Shown piece after piece: positions 1 to 9,722 of a stretch of 45,013 nt of DNA (position 1 is its first letter; every line of letters starts with the position of its first letter). The translations under genes and the position numbers were made by a program. The DNA comes from Oculatellaceae cyanobacterium bins.114 (GTDB lineage: Bacteria; Cyanobacteriota; Cyanobacteriia; Elainellales; Elainellaceae): assembly GCA_033764315.1 (NCBI GenBank), contig JANRJA010000122.1, positions 1-45,013 on the forward strand, in the 5' to 3' direction. The notes under the pieces were generated by a model, which worked only from the letters and a program-made list of their open reading frames with translations, did not search any database and was not told where the DNA came from.

Positions 1-117
1 ATGCTCCTACCCTCGACCAACTCAAACAAACCCTCTCACAGCATCTCAACAATATCTCTGCTGAAACACTTGCATCCCTCACCTCCTATGACTTCATCCT
101 AGAAGCTCTTTTTGGCG

Positions 118-187
118 CAGCTTCATAAAATATTGGTATAAGGATATGCCGCGCGGAGCGCGGCATATCCTTGCTTATTTAGGACTA
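118..187. repeat. Palindromic small dispersed element, copy 1 (left end degenerate)
   Basis: AAGGATATGCCGCGC-GGA-GCGCGGCATATCCTT hairpin followed by GCTTATTTAGGACTA; homologous to 3980-4056 and 23778-23854. Confidence 0.75.
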
Positions 188-212
188 TTCAATTTTCGAT
201 CTTCATCGGTTT

Positions 213-1784
213 TTAGAACCGTTCAGTATTGGTGAGATAGAACACAGTGTCTCCATCAACACCGAAGCCTACCTCCGCTCGAATGGGGCCGATGGGCGAG
301 CGAATGCGTAGACCCACACCAAAGCCCAAACCATCACCGGGCTTGTCACGCTCTGGGCCCGGTTCACCGATGACATCTTCTCCTGAATCTAAGTCATTGG
401 CGTAATCGACAAACAGCGTCCCCCCGACAGGAATCTCTCTATCGCGGAAGTTGAAGGAGAAGATCGGAAAACGATATTCCACAGTGGCTTGCACAAAGCG
501 ACTGCCTGTACCAATTGCGCCTTTGTCAAAACCGCGCACTGAGTTAAACCCACCCAAATTAAAGCCTTCATAAGAAGGGACATCGCCAATCATCACCCCA
601 CCTTGCACATTGAAAACGAGGGTACGGGGTCCCTCGTCAAAGCCAAATAGAGAAAAGGGAATGAAGCGGGTGTAGTTGCCACTGAGACGGTTAAAGGCGA
701 TGCTGCTGTCTCCCAAGGTAATGCCTTGATCGATCCCTAGCCGCAGTCTAGAACCATCTGTGGGATAGATAGGGTCGTTTCGCAGGTCTTGTACGGCTGC
801 GATGTTTAGGGTTATCAGGTCGTCAATGCCATCACTGTCAACGGTCAACCGATTGCCAAATTCGTCAATGGGTTCAACATCATCGCTAAACAAATCGTCT
901 CGGACAGAAACCCGTTGGTAAGACAGCCCAATGGCTGAATTAAAGCGATCGCCGATTGGCACATACACTTCAGCCCCACCCCCTAACCGATGCAGCCACA
1001 TTTCATCGCCGTTGGGCAAGTCTATATCGCGATCGCCCTCTCGATATCCCGGAAAATAAGACCGTTGGTTAAAAAAGTTGACTCCAAAGCCGCTGCGAGG
1101 GGTTGTTAGACCGCTAGGTTGGCTGGTAAAGCCCACATCAAAGGCGAGAATGTGAGCTCCTCCTTCGACTTCAAGAGCAGCTTCTCCGCCAAAAATGGGT
1201 TGTTCTAAGCGGACGATCGCGGCGATCCCTGTTGTTCGATTAGAACCCGGTAACACGGTGCGGGGACGGGTGGCACCTTGCAAGGCTGAGGGCACTGGGG
1301 CTCGTCCTCCAACCCGAAAGACAAAGGCGTTGCCCTCTAACCCATACAAATCAGAGCGGCTCCACTGAGCGATCGCTCCAGCATCGGGCACTTGAGCTAA
1401 ATCACCAATTTCGGCGATCGCGGCTGTTGGGGGGTGAGCAGTCACCCGTTCAGCTTGCAAATCTTCAGCTATGGTTGAAGGTTCTTGGGCTTGCAATTCT
1501 TCTAGTTGGGGAATCATGGTTTCAACAACAACCGCTTGAGTTGGCTCAACTTCGGAGGTGTTATGTAGTTGTTCCCCAGTGGGAGTAATTGCAGATTCAG
1601 TAACCTGATTTGCAGACACAACAGGTTCTATCGTTTCGTTTGCTTGAGAGAGAGCACCCTCAACGGTTTGCCCTAAACTCGCTGGCGTCAATAACAAATT
1701 TGTAGAGATGGTGCCGAGTGTTAGCAAAAAGGTAAATACAACAGTAGATGAATGACGTGATGCCTGCATGTTGGTTCTCCTCAC
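213..1784 (-). CDS. Omp85/BamA-TamA family outer-membrane beta-barrel protein
   Basis: N-terminal hydrophobic signal; GGFNSVRGF loop-6 motif, EYRFP, GFGVGLRIRSPIGPIRAE and terminal Phe (ERF). Confidence 0.85.
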   Translation of the reverse strand: MRRTNMQASRHSSTVVFTFLLTLGTISTNLLLTPASLGQTVEGALSQANETIEPVVSANQVTESAITPTGEQLHNTSEVEPTQAVVVETMIPQLEELQAQEPSTIAEDLQAERVTAHPPTAAIAEIGDLAQVPDAGAIAQWSRSDLYGLEGNAFVFRVGGRAPVPSALQGATRPRTVLPGSNRTTGIAAIVRLEQPIFGGEAALEVEGGAHILAFDVGFTSQPSGLTTPRSGFGVNFFNQRSYFPGYREGDRDIDLPNGDEMWLHRLGGGAEVYVPIGDRFNSAIGLSYQRVSVRDDLFSDDVEPIDEFGNRLTVDSDGIDDLITLNIAAVQDLRNDPIYPTDGSRLRLGIDQGITLGDSSIAFNRLSGNYTRFIPFSLFGFDEGPRTLVFNVQGGVMIGDVPSYEGFNLGGFNSVRGFDKGAIGTGSRFVQATVEYRFPIFSFNFRDREIPVGGTLFVDYANDLDSGEDVIGEPGPERDKPGDGLGFGVGLRIRSPIGPIRAEVGFGVDGDTVFYLTNTERF

Positions 1785-2082
1785 GGAATGAAGGGCTAGA
1801 TGCTGACGCTATTAACGTTGTCAAGACGATCAACTCAGAGGATGGGTTGGGAATTGATCTCCATTAGATTTCAAAGTCTCCATCATCACAGATCGTCGTA
1901 ACAGGATCTACACGAGAAAATCTTTTACAAGATTTAGCCCTAGAATGACTCAATAATTCCAAAATGCACCCGTTTTAGAGGTAAATATTCAAGTTTCTTT
2001 TTAGCAGAGGCAATCTCTCCGCTTTTCTGGCAAGAATCTTTTTGGGAAAGTGCCTAAAGCGACTCTTCTACCTGTTTATTTC

Positions 2083-2739
2083 CTAGTCCTGCATTGGCAA
2101 AATGTCTCCTGCCTGACAATCGTTTAACCATGCCCGAATTGCTTGAGCGATCGCCCCTTGACTGGTATCTTCTGGCGGTGAGGGAGGCTGAGGGAGGCTG
2201 AAATAGCCCCCAGAGCGAGAAAACATGGACGCTAACTGCCAACCCTGAGAGGTCTCGGTCAAAAAGATCCAGTGATAGTTTTGCTGTCTGACGAGAGCAC
2301 CTTCTACATATCGCCGCTCTAACGTGGTGAAAAAAACTTGTCGGACATCATCCTCAGCAACGGTTGGACTGTATTCGCCCGGTCCTAAGCTGAGGGGGTC
2401 AAATTCTGGGTTGCCTGCAATCAACACATAGCCCGGTGACACGTAGGTTCGTTCTTGACGGCGCGATCGCTGAATTTCGCGATTGGTGTAGCTGGGTAAA
2501 TCTCGCAACAGGGGAGGCATGATCGCTTCGACTGTGGCAGGGCAGGTGGTAGATGGACGAATGTAGTTGTGCTCTGAGGCGATCGCTTCTGCTGTTGCTA
2601 ATCCATTGGCTATACCCCAACCTAAGCTGCCACACAGGGTTAGCTTGAGTCCTGCCCTCAACCAGTGATAGGGCGATCGCTTTAGAGAGCGATCGTCTTG
2701 ATGATTCCCCTTGGCTTTCCCCATCCCCTCGCTCCCCAA
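2083..2739 (-). CDS. Conserved cyanobacterial hypothetical protein, probably exported
   Basis: 218-aa ORF with an N-terminal hydrophobic stretch and motifs LLRDLPSYTNR and QVFFTTLERRY; start may be ATG at 2724. Confidence 0.7.
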   Translation of the reverse strand: MGSEGMGKAKGNHQDDRSLKRSPYHWLRAGLKLTLCGSLGWGIANGLATAEAIASEHNYIRPSTTCPATVEAIMPPLLRDLPSYTNREIQRSRRQERTYVSPGYVLIAGNPEFDPLSLGPGEYSPTVAEDDVRQVFFTTLERRYVEGALVRQQNYHWIFLTETSQGWQLASMFSRSGGYFSLPQPPSPPEDTSQGAIAQAIRAWLNDCQAGDILPMQD

Positions 2740-2741
2740 TG

Positions 2742-3022
2742 CTACGGTGTATACACATCTCTGTTTTTTAATGAGACACTCGGTTGCTCGAATGAGTTTG
2801 AAAACCAGGCATTGGGGGAGTCTCCCCCAAACCCCCGATTGGGGGACGCCACTGCCTCCCCCAAACCCCCTAGCAGAAGAGGTTTAGGTCAATCCATAGG
2901 CGCGCTTCGCATCTGTCCTAAGTTCGGGTGCTGCTGATCGGTTCAAGACCCTTGGTAAAGGCTCAAAGTCCCCCAAAGTTAGGAGATTTAGGGGGCTGAG
3001 AGGACTTATGTGTACACAGTAG
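2742..3022. mobile_element. MITE-like element (~281 bp)
   Basis: Imperfect TIRs CTACGGTGTATACACA and TGTGTACACAGTAG; flanks CTCCCCAATG / CTCCACAATA (8/10 direct repeat); internal G/C-run hairpins; no transposase. Confidence 0.65.
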
Positions 3023-3037
3023 CTCCACAATAAAGGA

Positions 3038-3745
3038 CTATAGCTCATCACAAATGCGTTGAAACGCCGCACCGGGATCTGGCGCTTGGGTAATTGGACG
3101 CCCGATCACAAGATAGTCTGCTCCTGCCTTGATCGCCGCACTGGGAGTGAGCGATCGCTGTTGATCCCCACTGTCTGCCCAGGTTGGACGCACTCCCGGA
3201 CAGACAAACAAGAACCCGTCGCCACAAACCTGTCGCAATTGAGCCACTTCTTGAGGAGAGCAGACCACCCCTGATAACTGACTTGCCTGTGCCAGCAATG
3301 CCATTTGCACTACGTAATCGGGTAACTCTAGGGGAATCTTTAGCTCAAACGCTAGTGCTCGCGAAGTCAAACTGGTGAGCAGTGTAATCCCTAACAATTG
3401 AGGAGGTGTCAGTCCGGCGGCGATCGCCCCCTCTTGAGCCGCCGTGTGGGCGGCGGTTAGTGCTGTGTGCCCTGCGGCAATGTGGACGGTCAACAAGTCC
3501 ACCCCAAATCGTCCAGCCGCTCGACAGGCTCCTGCCATCGTGTTGGGGATGTCGTGAAATTTGAGATCCAAAAAAATCCGCTTTTGTCTTTCTTGCAAGG
3601 CCGCTAAGACGGTTGAGCCTGAACTGACAAACAACTCTAAACCCACCTTCCAAAAAGACACCTGAGGCAATTGATCGATCAGGGCGATCGCCTCTGTAGC
3701 AGTCGAGACATCCAGTGGAACAATAATGCGATCGGATGGAGACAT
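3038..3745 (-). CDS. pyrF: Orotidine-5'-phosphate decarboxylase
   Basis: [12 protein letters not shown] active-site motif, PGVRP, DQQR, VIGRPI. Confidence 0.97.
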   Translation of the reverse strand: MSPSDRIIVPLDVSTATEAIALIDQLPQVSFWKVGLELFVSSGSTVLAALQERQKRIFLDLKFHDIPNTMAGACRAAGRFGVDLLTVHIAAGHTALTAAHTAAQEGAIAAGLTPPQLLGITLLTSLTSRALAFELKIPLELPDYVVQMALLAQASQLSGVVCSPQEVAQLRQVCGDGFLFVCPGVRPTWADSGDQQRSLTPSAAIKAGADYLVIGRPITQAPDPGAAFQRICDEL

Positions 3746-3817
3746 GGGAGGGTAAAGGAGAGAATAGAGATTGAGGGAGTCAGCTCTAGAGGGCTATGCA
3801 GGAGATTTTGCAGCAGA

Positions 3818-3835
3818 GACGCGATTTATCGCGTC
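3818..3835. repeat. REP-like palindrome, GACGCGATTAATCGCGTC family
   Basis: GACGCGATTTATCGCGTC; related copies at 11416, 14925, 36181, 37334. Confidence 0.8.
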
Positions 3836-3887
3836 TGTACAGGGAGAGGTGGCAATAGGGTCTGAATTTTGAACGGGAGGGTGACTG

Positions 3888-3935
3888 CTGACAATTAATC
3901 AACGACCAATGACCAATAACTAATGACCAATGACC
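3888..3935. repeat. Degenerate heptamer tandem repeat (STRR-like, CAATGAC)
   Basis: caacgac-caatgac-caataac-taatgac-caatgac. Confidence 0.7.
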
Positions 3936-3979
3936 GTTATCTCGTCATTTCCCAACTTCCCCATACCTATCCTTCATGA

Positions 3980-4056
3980 TAGTCCTCTAAAAGTCATGAT
4001 TTTTGAGTAAGGATGTGCCGCGCTCCGCGCGGCACATCCTTACTTGTTTAGGACTA
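3980..4056. repeat. 77-bp palindromic element, copy 2
   Basis: TAGTCCT...AGGACTA ends with central hairpin AGTAAGGATGTGCCGCGC-TCC-GCGCGGCACATCCTTACT; directly downstream of tyrS. Confidence 0.8.
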
Positions 4057-4070
4057 CCTCTTTCATTTCC

Positions 4071-5318
4071 CTAAACACGACTGACTAACCGCACAAATCG
4101 ATTTTTGCCGACTTGCAACACTTTGCCATTCAGGTCATCTCCAGAGTCAAACGTCAGGTCTACGTTATCCACGCGATCGCCATCTAGCTTCACGGCTCCC
4201 CCTTGAATTTGGCGTCGTCCGTCGCCACTGCTCTTACACAAGCCCGTCGCACTCAGCAAGTAAAACAACTTGACCGGAAATTGTATATCCGCCAAAGAAA
4301 ATTCAGGAACCGCATCGGCTTGTTTGGCATCTCCTTGAACCAGTGCCAGAGCTGCTTTTTGTGCCTCGATCGCCGCATCGTGTCCATGATATTGAGTCAC
4401 GACCTCAAGGGCTAGTAATTTTTGGCGATCGCGCGGGTTTTCGGGCAGTTGGTTGAGTGGCAAGTTAGTCAACAATTCAAAGTAGTCTTGAATCAGCGCA
4501 TCGGGCACCTTCTCTAATTTGGAATACATCGACAAGGCATCTTCGGTCAGTCCGACATAATTGCCCAAAGATTTCGACATTTTTTGAACGCCATCCGTTC
4601 CCACCAAAATGGGCATCAACAAACCAAATTGAGGACGTTGACTAAAGTGTCGTTGCAAATCGCGCCCAACCGCCAAATTAAACTTTTGGTCAGTGCCTCC
4701 TAATTCCACATCGGCTGCGAGTGCAACTGAGTCATAGCCCTGCATCAAGGGATACATAAACTCGTGCAAATAGATCGGCGTTTCTTTGACATAGCGTTCG
4801 GCAAACCCTTCTTTTGCCAACATTTGCCCAACAGTCGTCGTTGCCAGCAGTTCCAAAATGTCTGCCAGATTCAACTTCGATAACCACTCCGAGTTATAGC
4901 GAATCTCTAGCCGCCCTGGGGTGTCAAAGTCAAGAATGGGGCGCACTTGGTCAATATAGGTTTGAGCGTTTTCAGCGACTTGCTCAGACGTTAACTGCCG
5001 ACGAGCCTCTGATTTACCCGTCGGGTCGCCAATCCGGGCGGTGAAATCGCCAATCAACAAAATGGCCGTGTGTCCCGCGTCTTGAAAGGCTCTCAGTTTG
5101 CGGAAGACAATACTATGACCTAAGTGAATTTCTGAACCCGTGGGGTCGATGCCAAACTTGATACGCAAGGGGCGATCGCTTTTAGCAATGCGTTGTTCAA
5201 GATTTTCGTCAGGATTTTGGGAGTCGGGTTGATTGGGAAAAATTTCATGGGTGCCCCGATGCAACCAAGAAAACGATTCCGTTAAGTTTGATGGGTAATC
5301 CAAAGCCATACTTGGCAA
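4071..5318 (-). CDS. tyrS: Tyrosine--tRNA ligase
   Basis: HLGH (HIGH-type) and KMSKS motifs, [17 protein letters not shown]-terminal S4-like domain. Confidence 0.97.
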   Translation of the reverse strand: MPSMALDYPSNLTESFSWLHRGTHEIFPNQPDSQNPDENLEQRIAKSDRPLRIKFGIDPTGSEIHLGHSIVFRKLRAFQDAGHTAILLIGDFTARIGDPTGKSEARRQLTSEQVAENAQTYIDQVRPILDFDTPGRLEIRYNSEWLSKLNLADILELLATTTVGQMLAKEGFAERYVKETPIYLHEFMYPLMQGYDSVALAADVELGGTDQKFNLAVGRDLQRHFSQRPQFGLLMPILVGTDGVQKMSKSLGNYVGLTEDALSMYSKLEKVPDALIQDYFELLTNLPLNQLPENPRDRQKLLALEVVTQYHGHDAAIEAQKAALALVQGDAKQADAVPEFSLADIQFPVKLFYLLSATGLCKSSGDGRRQIQGGAVKLDGDRVDNVDLTFDSGDDLNGKVLQVGKNRFVRLVSRV

Positions 5319-5656
5319 ATATCCGGCTAATTTCGTTACACTCTCTGGTTAATGTGTAACAGATGATAATAAACTACCTCGATTACTGAGTGATTGACTA
5401 AGAAACGCAAATTAAATAACATCGTTTTTTTGTCAAACTACCCTTTTCCTTTGCCCCTTTCCAACTCAGCAAGGGTTGCCGTGGGTGGGGTGTGGTTTCC
5501 GACGTTATTGAATCTACGAACCTGAGTGCCTGGTGATTTGCTGATTTACTAAGTGATTGAGGAGCCAACCTACTATAATTGCAAAATTCGCCCTACAAAA
5601 TCTGATGGCGGTCTTCAATTTCTTGATTTTTGAGTTTAGGATAACGGTTTGAAGTG

Positions 5657-5704
5657 AAAGCGATTACCAGTCAAAGCGATTACCAGTCAAAGTGATTAAC
5701 AGCC
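5657..5704. repeat. Three 16-bp tandem repeats in the tyrS/PBP divergent intergenic region
   Basis: AAAGCGATTACCAGTC x2 plus AAAGTGATTAACAGCC. Confidence 0.8.
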
Positions 5705-5876
5705 ATTATTCCTGATCATCCCTAACATGAGTCGTAGCAGATTTGTATCACGAATTACAATTGGCTAGCCGTTATAGTTTTAAGTAGCTGTGTGCGGGTT
5801 CGGTGTGAATGGGTTAATTTTGTGTACGGGTTCATTTGTGCGTTGATTCATTGCGTGTTGAGGGATTGGAACTGCC

Positions 5877-7991
5877 GTGTCATCTAATACTACAAGACCA
5901 ACACAACCTGAACGCCGGAAGCCATCCCCCGGTCAAAAGCCACCCGCAGGTCAACGAAAACCTCCTGCACCTCCTCCAGCAGGACAGCGACCTGTGGCTA
6001 ATGCGGCAGCTAAACCTGTTCCACCGCCACCACCCCCAAGCCCCAATCCACCCAGCCCTAAGCGACCTCCTTCGGGTAACTCTAAGCGATCGCCCAATCA
6101 GCAACAATCTGAAGAACTCGCCCCGATCTTTCAGTTTGTGCAAACGGTCGGTAAGGTGACCGCAGGCACCATTTTGGGGATCACAATGCTCACTAGCTCT
6201 GTGATCGCAGGAGGGTTGGTAGGGCTGGCAATTAGTTTCCGCAACTTGCCAGATGTGCGGGTTCTGCGAAACTACATTCCGGCTGAGACGACCTACATTT
6301 ACGACATCAACGGCACCCTGCTCGATAGCATTCATGATGAGGTCAACCGTGAAGTAGTAGACCTCAACAAAATTTCGCCGCACCTAAAGCGGGCAGTGAT
6401 CGCGATCGAAGATAGCTATTTTTTCTCTCATCATGGCATTAACCCCACCAGTGTGGCTCGTGCCTTAATCACCAACTTAGAAGAAGGACAGACCGTTGAG
6501 GGTGGCTCAACACTGACCATGCAGCTGGTCAAAAATTTGTTTTTGACACCAGAGCGATCGTTTAGTCGCAAAGTAGCAGAGGCAGTGTTGGCACTGCGTT
6601 TAGAGCAAATCTTTAATAAAGACCAGATTCTTGAAATGTACTTGAATCAGGTCTACTGGGGACACAACACCTATGGCGTCCAAACGGCGGCAGAGAGCTA
6701 TTTCAACAAGCCTGCCTCCGAGTTGACGCTAGCGGAATCAGCCATGATGGCGGGCTTAATTCAAGCACCTGAAAGTTTTAGTCCTTTTATTGACTATCAA
6801 ACGGCTAAACAACGACAGGCACTTGTGCTCGATCGCATGCTTAAACTCGGTTGGATTACGCAGCAAGAAGCACTGGAGGCACGACGACAGCCGCTTCATC
6901 TGGGTAACGTTACCTCCTTTCGAGCGAGTAGTGCGCCCTATGTGACGGAAGCGGTGGTGCAAGAGTTAGACGATCGCTTTGGTCAAGATGCCGTTGCCAA
7001 AGGGGGAATGCGTGTTCAAACCACGATTGACCTGAGATTACAGCGGATTGCAGAAGACACGGTGCGCCGGGGCTATCGGGCGATTCGGCGGCGCGGTTTG
7101 GGAGCTGATCAAATGGCGTTGGTTGCCGTAGATCCTCGCACTCACTTTGTCAAAGCGATGGTGGGGGGCGTAGATTATAACCAGAGTCAATATAACCGGG
7201 CAATTCAGTCGTTGCGTCAGCCCGGTTCTGCTTTCAAACCCTTTATCTATTACGCTGCTTTTGCGACTGGGCGGTATACACCTGACTCCAGCATTGATGA
7301 CAGCCCTGTAAGCTACCCCGATGGGTATAACACCTATTCACCCCAAAACTACGATGGTAGTTTTCGAGGTCCAATGACGATTCGTTCGGCACTAGAGCAG
7401 TCACGCAACGTTCCGGCAGTCAAGATTGGTCAAGCCGTGGGCATTAATCGAGTGATTGAGGTCTGCCGTACTTTAGGCATCACTAGCCCCATCGAACCCG
7501 TGACCTCGCTGCCCTTAGGAGCTGTTGATTTGACCCCCTTAGAGATGGCAGGGGCTTATGCCACCTTTGCTAGTGGTGGTTGGTACTCAGACACAACGAT
7601 GATTGTGCATGTTACTGATAGTCGCGGGCAGATATTGCTAGATAACACTCCTCGTCCTCAATTGGTGCTCGATCCGTGGGCCGTGGCAGCTCTCAACGAT
7701 GTCTTGAAGGGAGTCATTACAAACGGGACTGGAACAGCAGCACGATTGAGTCGTCCGGCAGCAGGCAAAACTGGAACCACGTCTTCAGAACGAGATATCT
7801 GGTTTGTGGGGTATGTTCCTCAATTGGCTGTGGCCGTGTGGGTTGGCAATGATGACTACACCCCCCTTGGTGTAGGAGCAACAGGGGGTGGCTATGTTGC
7901 CCCAGTTTGGAAAGACTTTATGGTGAGAGCTTTGCAGGGAGTTCCTGTGGAAGACTTTCCGCCTCCATCCCGCTTCCCCAAACCTAATTAA
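5877..7991 (+). CDS. Class A penicillin-binding protein (PBP1A family, transglycosylase/transpeptidase)
   Basis: EDSYFFSHHG, GGSTLTMQL, RKVAE, SAFK (SxxK), SRN (SxN), KTG; Pro-rich cytoplasmic N-terminus followed by a TM helix. Confidence 0.95.
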   Translation: MSSNTTRPTQPERRKPSPGQKPPAGQRKPPAPPPAGQRPVANAAAKPVPPPPPPSPNPPSPKRPPSGNSKRSPNQQQSEELAPIFQFVQTVGKVTAGTILGITMLTSSVIAGGLVGLAISFRNLPDVRVLRNYIPAETTYIYDINGTLLDSIHDEVNREVVDLNKISPHLKRAVIAIEDSYFFSHHGINPTSVARALITNLEEGQTVEGGSTLTMQLVKNLFLTPERSFSRKVAEAVLALRLEQIFNKDQILEMYLNQVYWGHNTYGVQTAAESYFNKPASELTLAESAMMAGLIQAPESFSPFIDYQTAKQRQALVLDRMLKLGWITQQEALEARRQPLHLGNVTSFRASSAPYVTEAVVQELDDRFGQDAVAKGGMRVQTTIDLRLQRIAEDTVRRGYRAIRRRGLGADQMALVAVDPRTHFVKAMVGGVDYNQSQYNRAIQSLRQPGSAFKPFIYYAAFATGRYTPDSSIDDSPVSYPDGYNTYSPQNYDGSFRGPMTIRSALEQSRNVPAVKIGQAVGINRVIEVCRTLGITSPIEPVTSLPLGAVDLTPLEMAGAYATFASGGWYSDTTMIVHVTDSRGQILLDNTPRPQLVLDPWAVAALNDVLKGVITNGTGTAARLSRPAAGKTGTTSSERDIWFVGYVPQLAVAVWVGNDDYTPLGVGATGGGYVAPVWKDFMVRALQGVPVEDFPPPSRFPKPN

Positions 7992-8083
7992 TCAGGTAGC
8001 ACTCTAAAAATAGGGATTTTGGAGCAAGAAGGTATTATGCCCAATGGGACAGATTCTGACTCGTTTAGAACTAACATTAATCG

Positions 8084-8373
8084 AACCTGAGTTCGGGATA
8101 AGGATTTTAGCGGTTGAAACCGCTGACATACAAGCAAAACCGACCTGACACCGATTTGAAAAGTGTTGTGAACACATTTAGCGTTAGGAAGTATTTCGTC
8201 ACTGCCAAACCCAAACAAGCATTTGCCCCATTTTTAATTCAAATTGGTGTGAGTCGGTTCAGTAAACCTTTGATTTTGGCAGTCCGCGAAGGACGTTCGG
8301 CGATGCTCAGTCGAGCCGCGGACTTCGCTCTGGTAGCCGCGAATTTATTCGCTGGGCTGCTTAAACCGAACTC
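8084..8373. mobile_element. MITE-like element carrying nested insertions
   Basis: Inverted ends GAGTTCGGGATAAG (8089-8102) and CTTAAACCGAACTC (8360-8373), 12/14 match; several internal hairpins. Confidence 0.6.
8149..8249. mobile_element. 101-bp MITE nested in the 8084-8373 element
   Basis: TIRs CACCGATTTGAA / TTCAAATTGGTG (11/12), TGA duplicated on both sides; removing it restores the hairpin AACCGAC-CTGA-GTCGGTT. Confidence 0.7.
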
Positions 8374-8463
8374 CCTCCAGGTCTATCCCTTTCTCACGGA
8401 AGAGTGGATTGGAATGGCTAAAAATTCTTCTCCTACGGGAGAAAGATTGGGGCACCTAAAATA

Positions 8464-8787
8464 TCAAGCTGTTTTATCGATTTCAGATTTCATCCGCTCC
8501 AGAGTTTGGTTCATCTGGTCAAACATCTGTTGTGGGGTGACACCAAATTGGTTGAGTTGAGTTTTTAACTGCTCAACTGTCATTTGAGCCATAAAGTCTT
8601 CTGACAGTTCAAATCGCTTCATAAAGATGCGATAGCGATCCATCATGGCTTCCATCTGCTCAATGTAGATCAATTTCCCATCTCGATCGAATTTGCCATA
8701 GTTGCTCCCCAACTGCATAAGGGACTGGTAGTCCTCAAACAACTGTCTGGCTTCTTGCTGAACAATTTCAGAGTCAAAAAATCCCAT
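8464..8787 (-). CDS. DUF1825-family conserved cyanobacterial protein
   Basis: MGFFDSEIVQQEA...RYRIFMKRFELSEDF signature. Confidence 0.85.
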   Translation of the reverse strand: MGFFDSEIVQQEARQLFEDYQSLMQLGSNYGKFDRDGKLIYIEQMEAMMDRYRIFMKRFELSEDFMAQMTVEQLKTQLNQFGVTPQQMFDQMNQTLERMKSEIDKTA

Positions 8788-8954
8788 GATTACCCTGTGA
8801 TCGCCGATCGCTTCTATTACTCGTGTGGTTGCAAGAGCACCATCTCTCTTGCATAGGAGCGATGGTAATCCTTACACCTTAATTCTAGAGCGATCTGGAG
8901 TTAGCCCAAAGTTCGGAAATTGCGACAATGAAAGGTGAAAAAGGCGATCGCTCC

Positions 8955-9287
8955 CTACCCTTGTTGCTGCCTCCGTCTCACAAAAGGGGCATAGTCGCCC
9001 AACCAAGCCGTTTTGGGGGACAGGGAGTAAAGCCACCGTTCAACCATTCCATACAAGATGCTTTTACGCCATATTCCCTGTTTGACCTTCCTCATATTTC
9101 TCTGGGCAAATTGATAAAGAGCGTCTACAGATAGATCTGAAATGACATTGGCATTGAGGTCATGACTCATCTGTTGTCGTAGCTCAAGATGAGCTTGCAA
9201 CATTGTCGCAAGAGGCAGATAAAGCAAGATTGCGCAGCCAAATGTGGCAAGATACGTAACGATAGAAATAGTGGATCGAGTTCTCAT
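8955..9287 (-). CDS. Hypothetical protein with N-terminal membrane anchor
   Basis: ATG preceded by GAGGT; hydrophobic residues 7-31. Confidence 0.5.
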   Translation of the reverse strand: MRTRSTISIVTYLATFGCAILLYLPLATMLQAHLELRQQMSHDLNANVISDLSVDALYQFAQRNMRKVKQGIWRKSILYGMVERWLYSLSPKTAWLGDYAPFVRRRQQQG

Positions 9288-9401
9288 GTCACTACCTCAG
9301 GAGGAAGCTTCCTTGTCAGGATTCCCCCAGGTTAAGAACATAATTTCCTTCTGATAAAAAAGCTTTTGTTTATTGTGCGATGCGATCGCGGAGGTGACTC
9401 A

Positions 9402-9716
9402 ATGCTTGATTTTCTCAATCCGATTCTGGGGCGTAACCCTGACCGGGTCAAAGCTAATGTTGAGATCTATACCTGGCAAACCTGCCCCTACTGCATTCGG
9501 GCCAAATTACTGTTGTGGTGGAAAGGTGTCAACTACACCGAATACAAAATTGATGGAGACGGGGGTGCACGAGTGAGGATGGCAGAACGAGCCAATGGGC
9601 GGCGTAGCGTTCCCCAAATTTTTATTAACAATCAACACATTGGCGGCTGTGATGAGTTGTATGCCCTGGACACACAGGGGCAACTTGACCCGTTGTTAGC
9701 CGAAGCAACGGTTTAG
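9402..9716 (+). CDS. grxC: Glutaredoxin 3
   Basis: CPYC, SVPQIFI, IGGCD; GGAGG at 9390-9394 supports ATG 9402. Confidence 0.92.
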   Translation: MLDFLNPILGRNPDRVKANVEIYTWQTCPYCIRAKLLLWWKGVNYTEYKIDGDGGARVRMAERANGRRSVPQIFINNQHIGGCDELYALDTQGQLDPLLAEATV

Positions 9717-9722
9717 CCAAAC

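Noticed and set aside
139..173. GC hairpin as an attC site
   Set aside because: No RYYYAAC/GTTRRRY ends; it belongs to the 77-bp element family
2698..3072. ORFs of 79 and 62 aa
   Set aside because: Lie within the MITE-like element or overlap real genes
5880..6383. Antisense and alternate-frame ORFs inside large genes (this one and many similar track entries)
   Set aside because: Fully overlap well-supported genes and show no protein motifs
8114..8560. 148-aa ORF
   Set aside because: Runs through nested repeat elements and overlaps the DUF1825 gene antisense; no recognisable protein features
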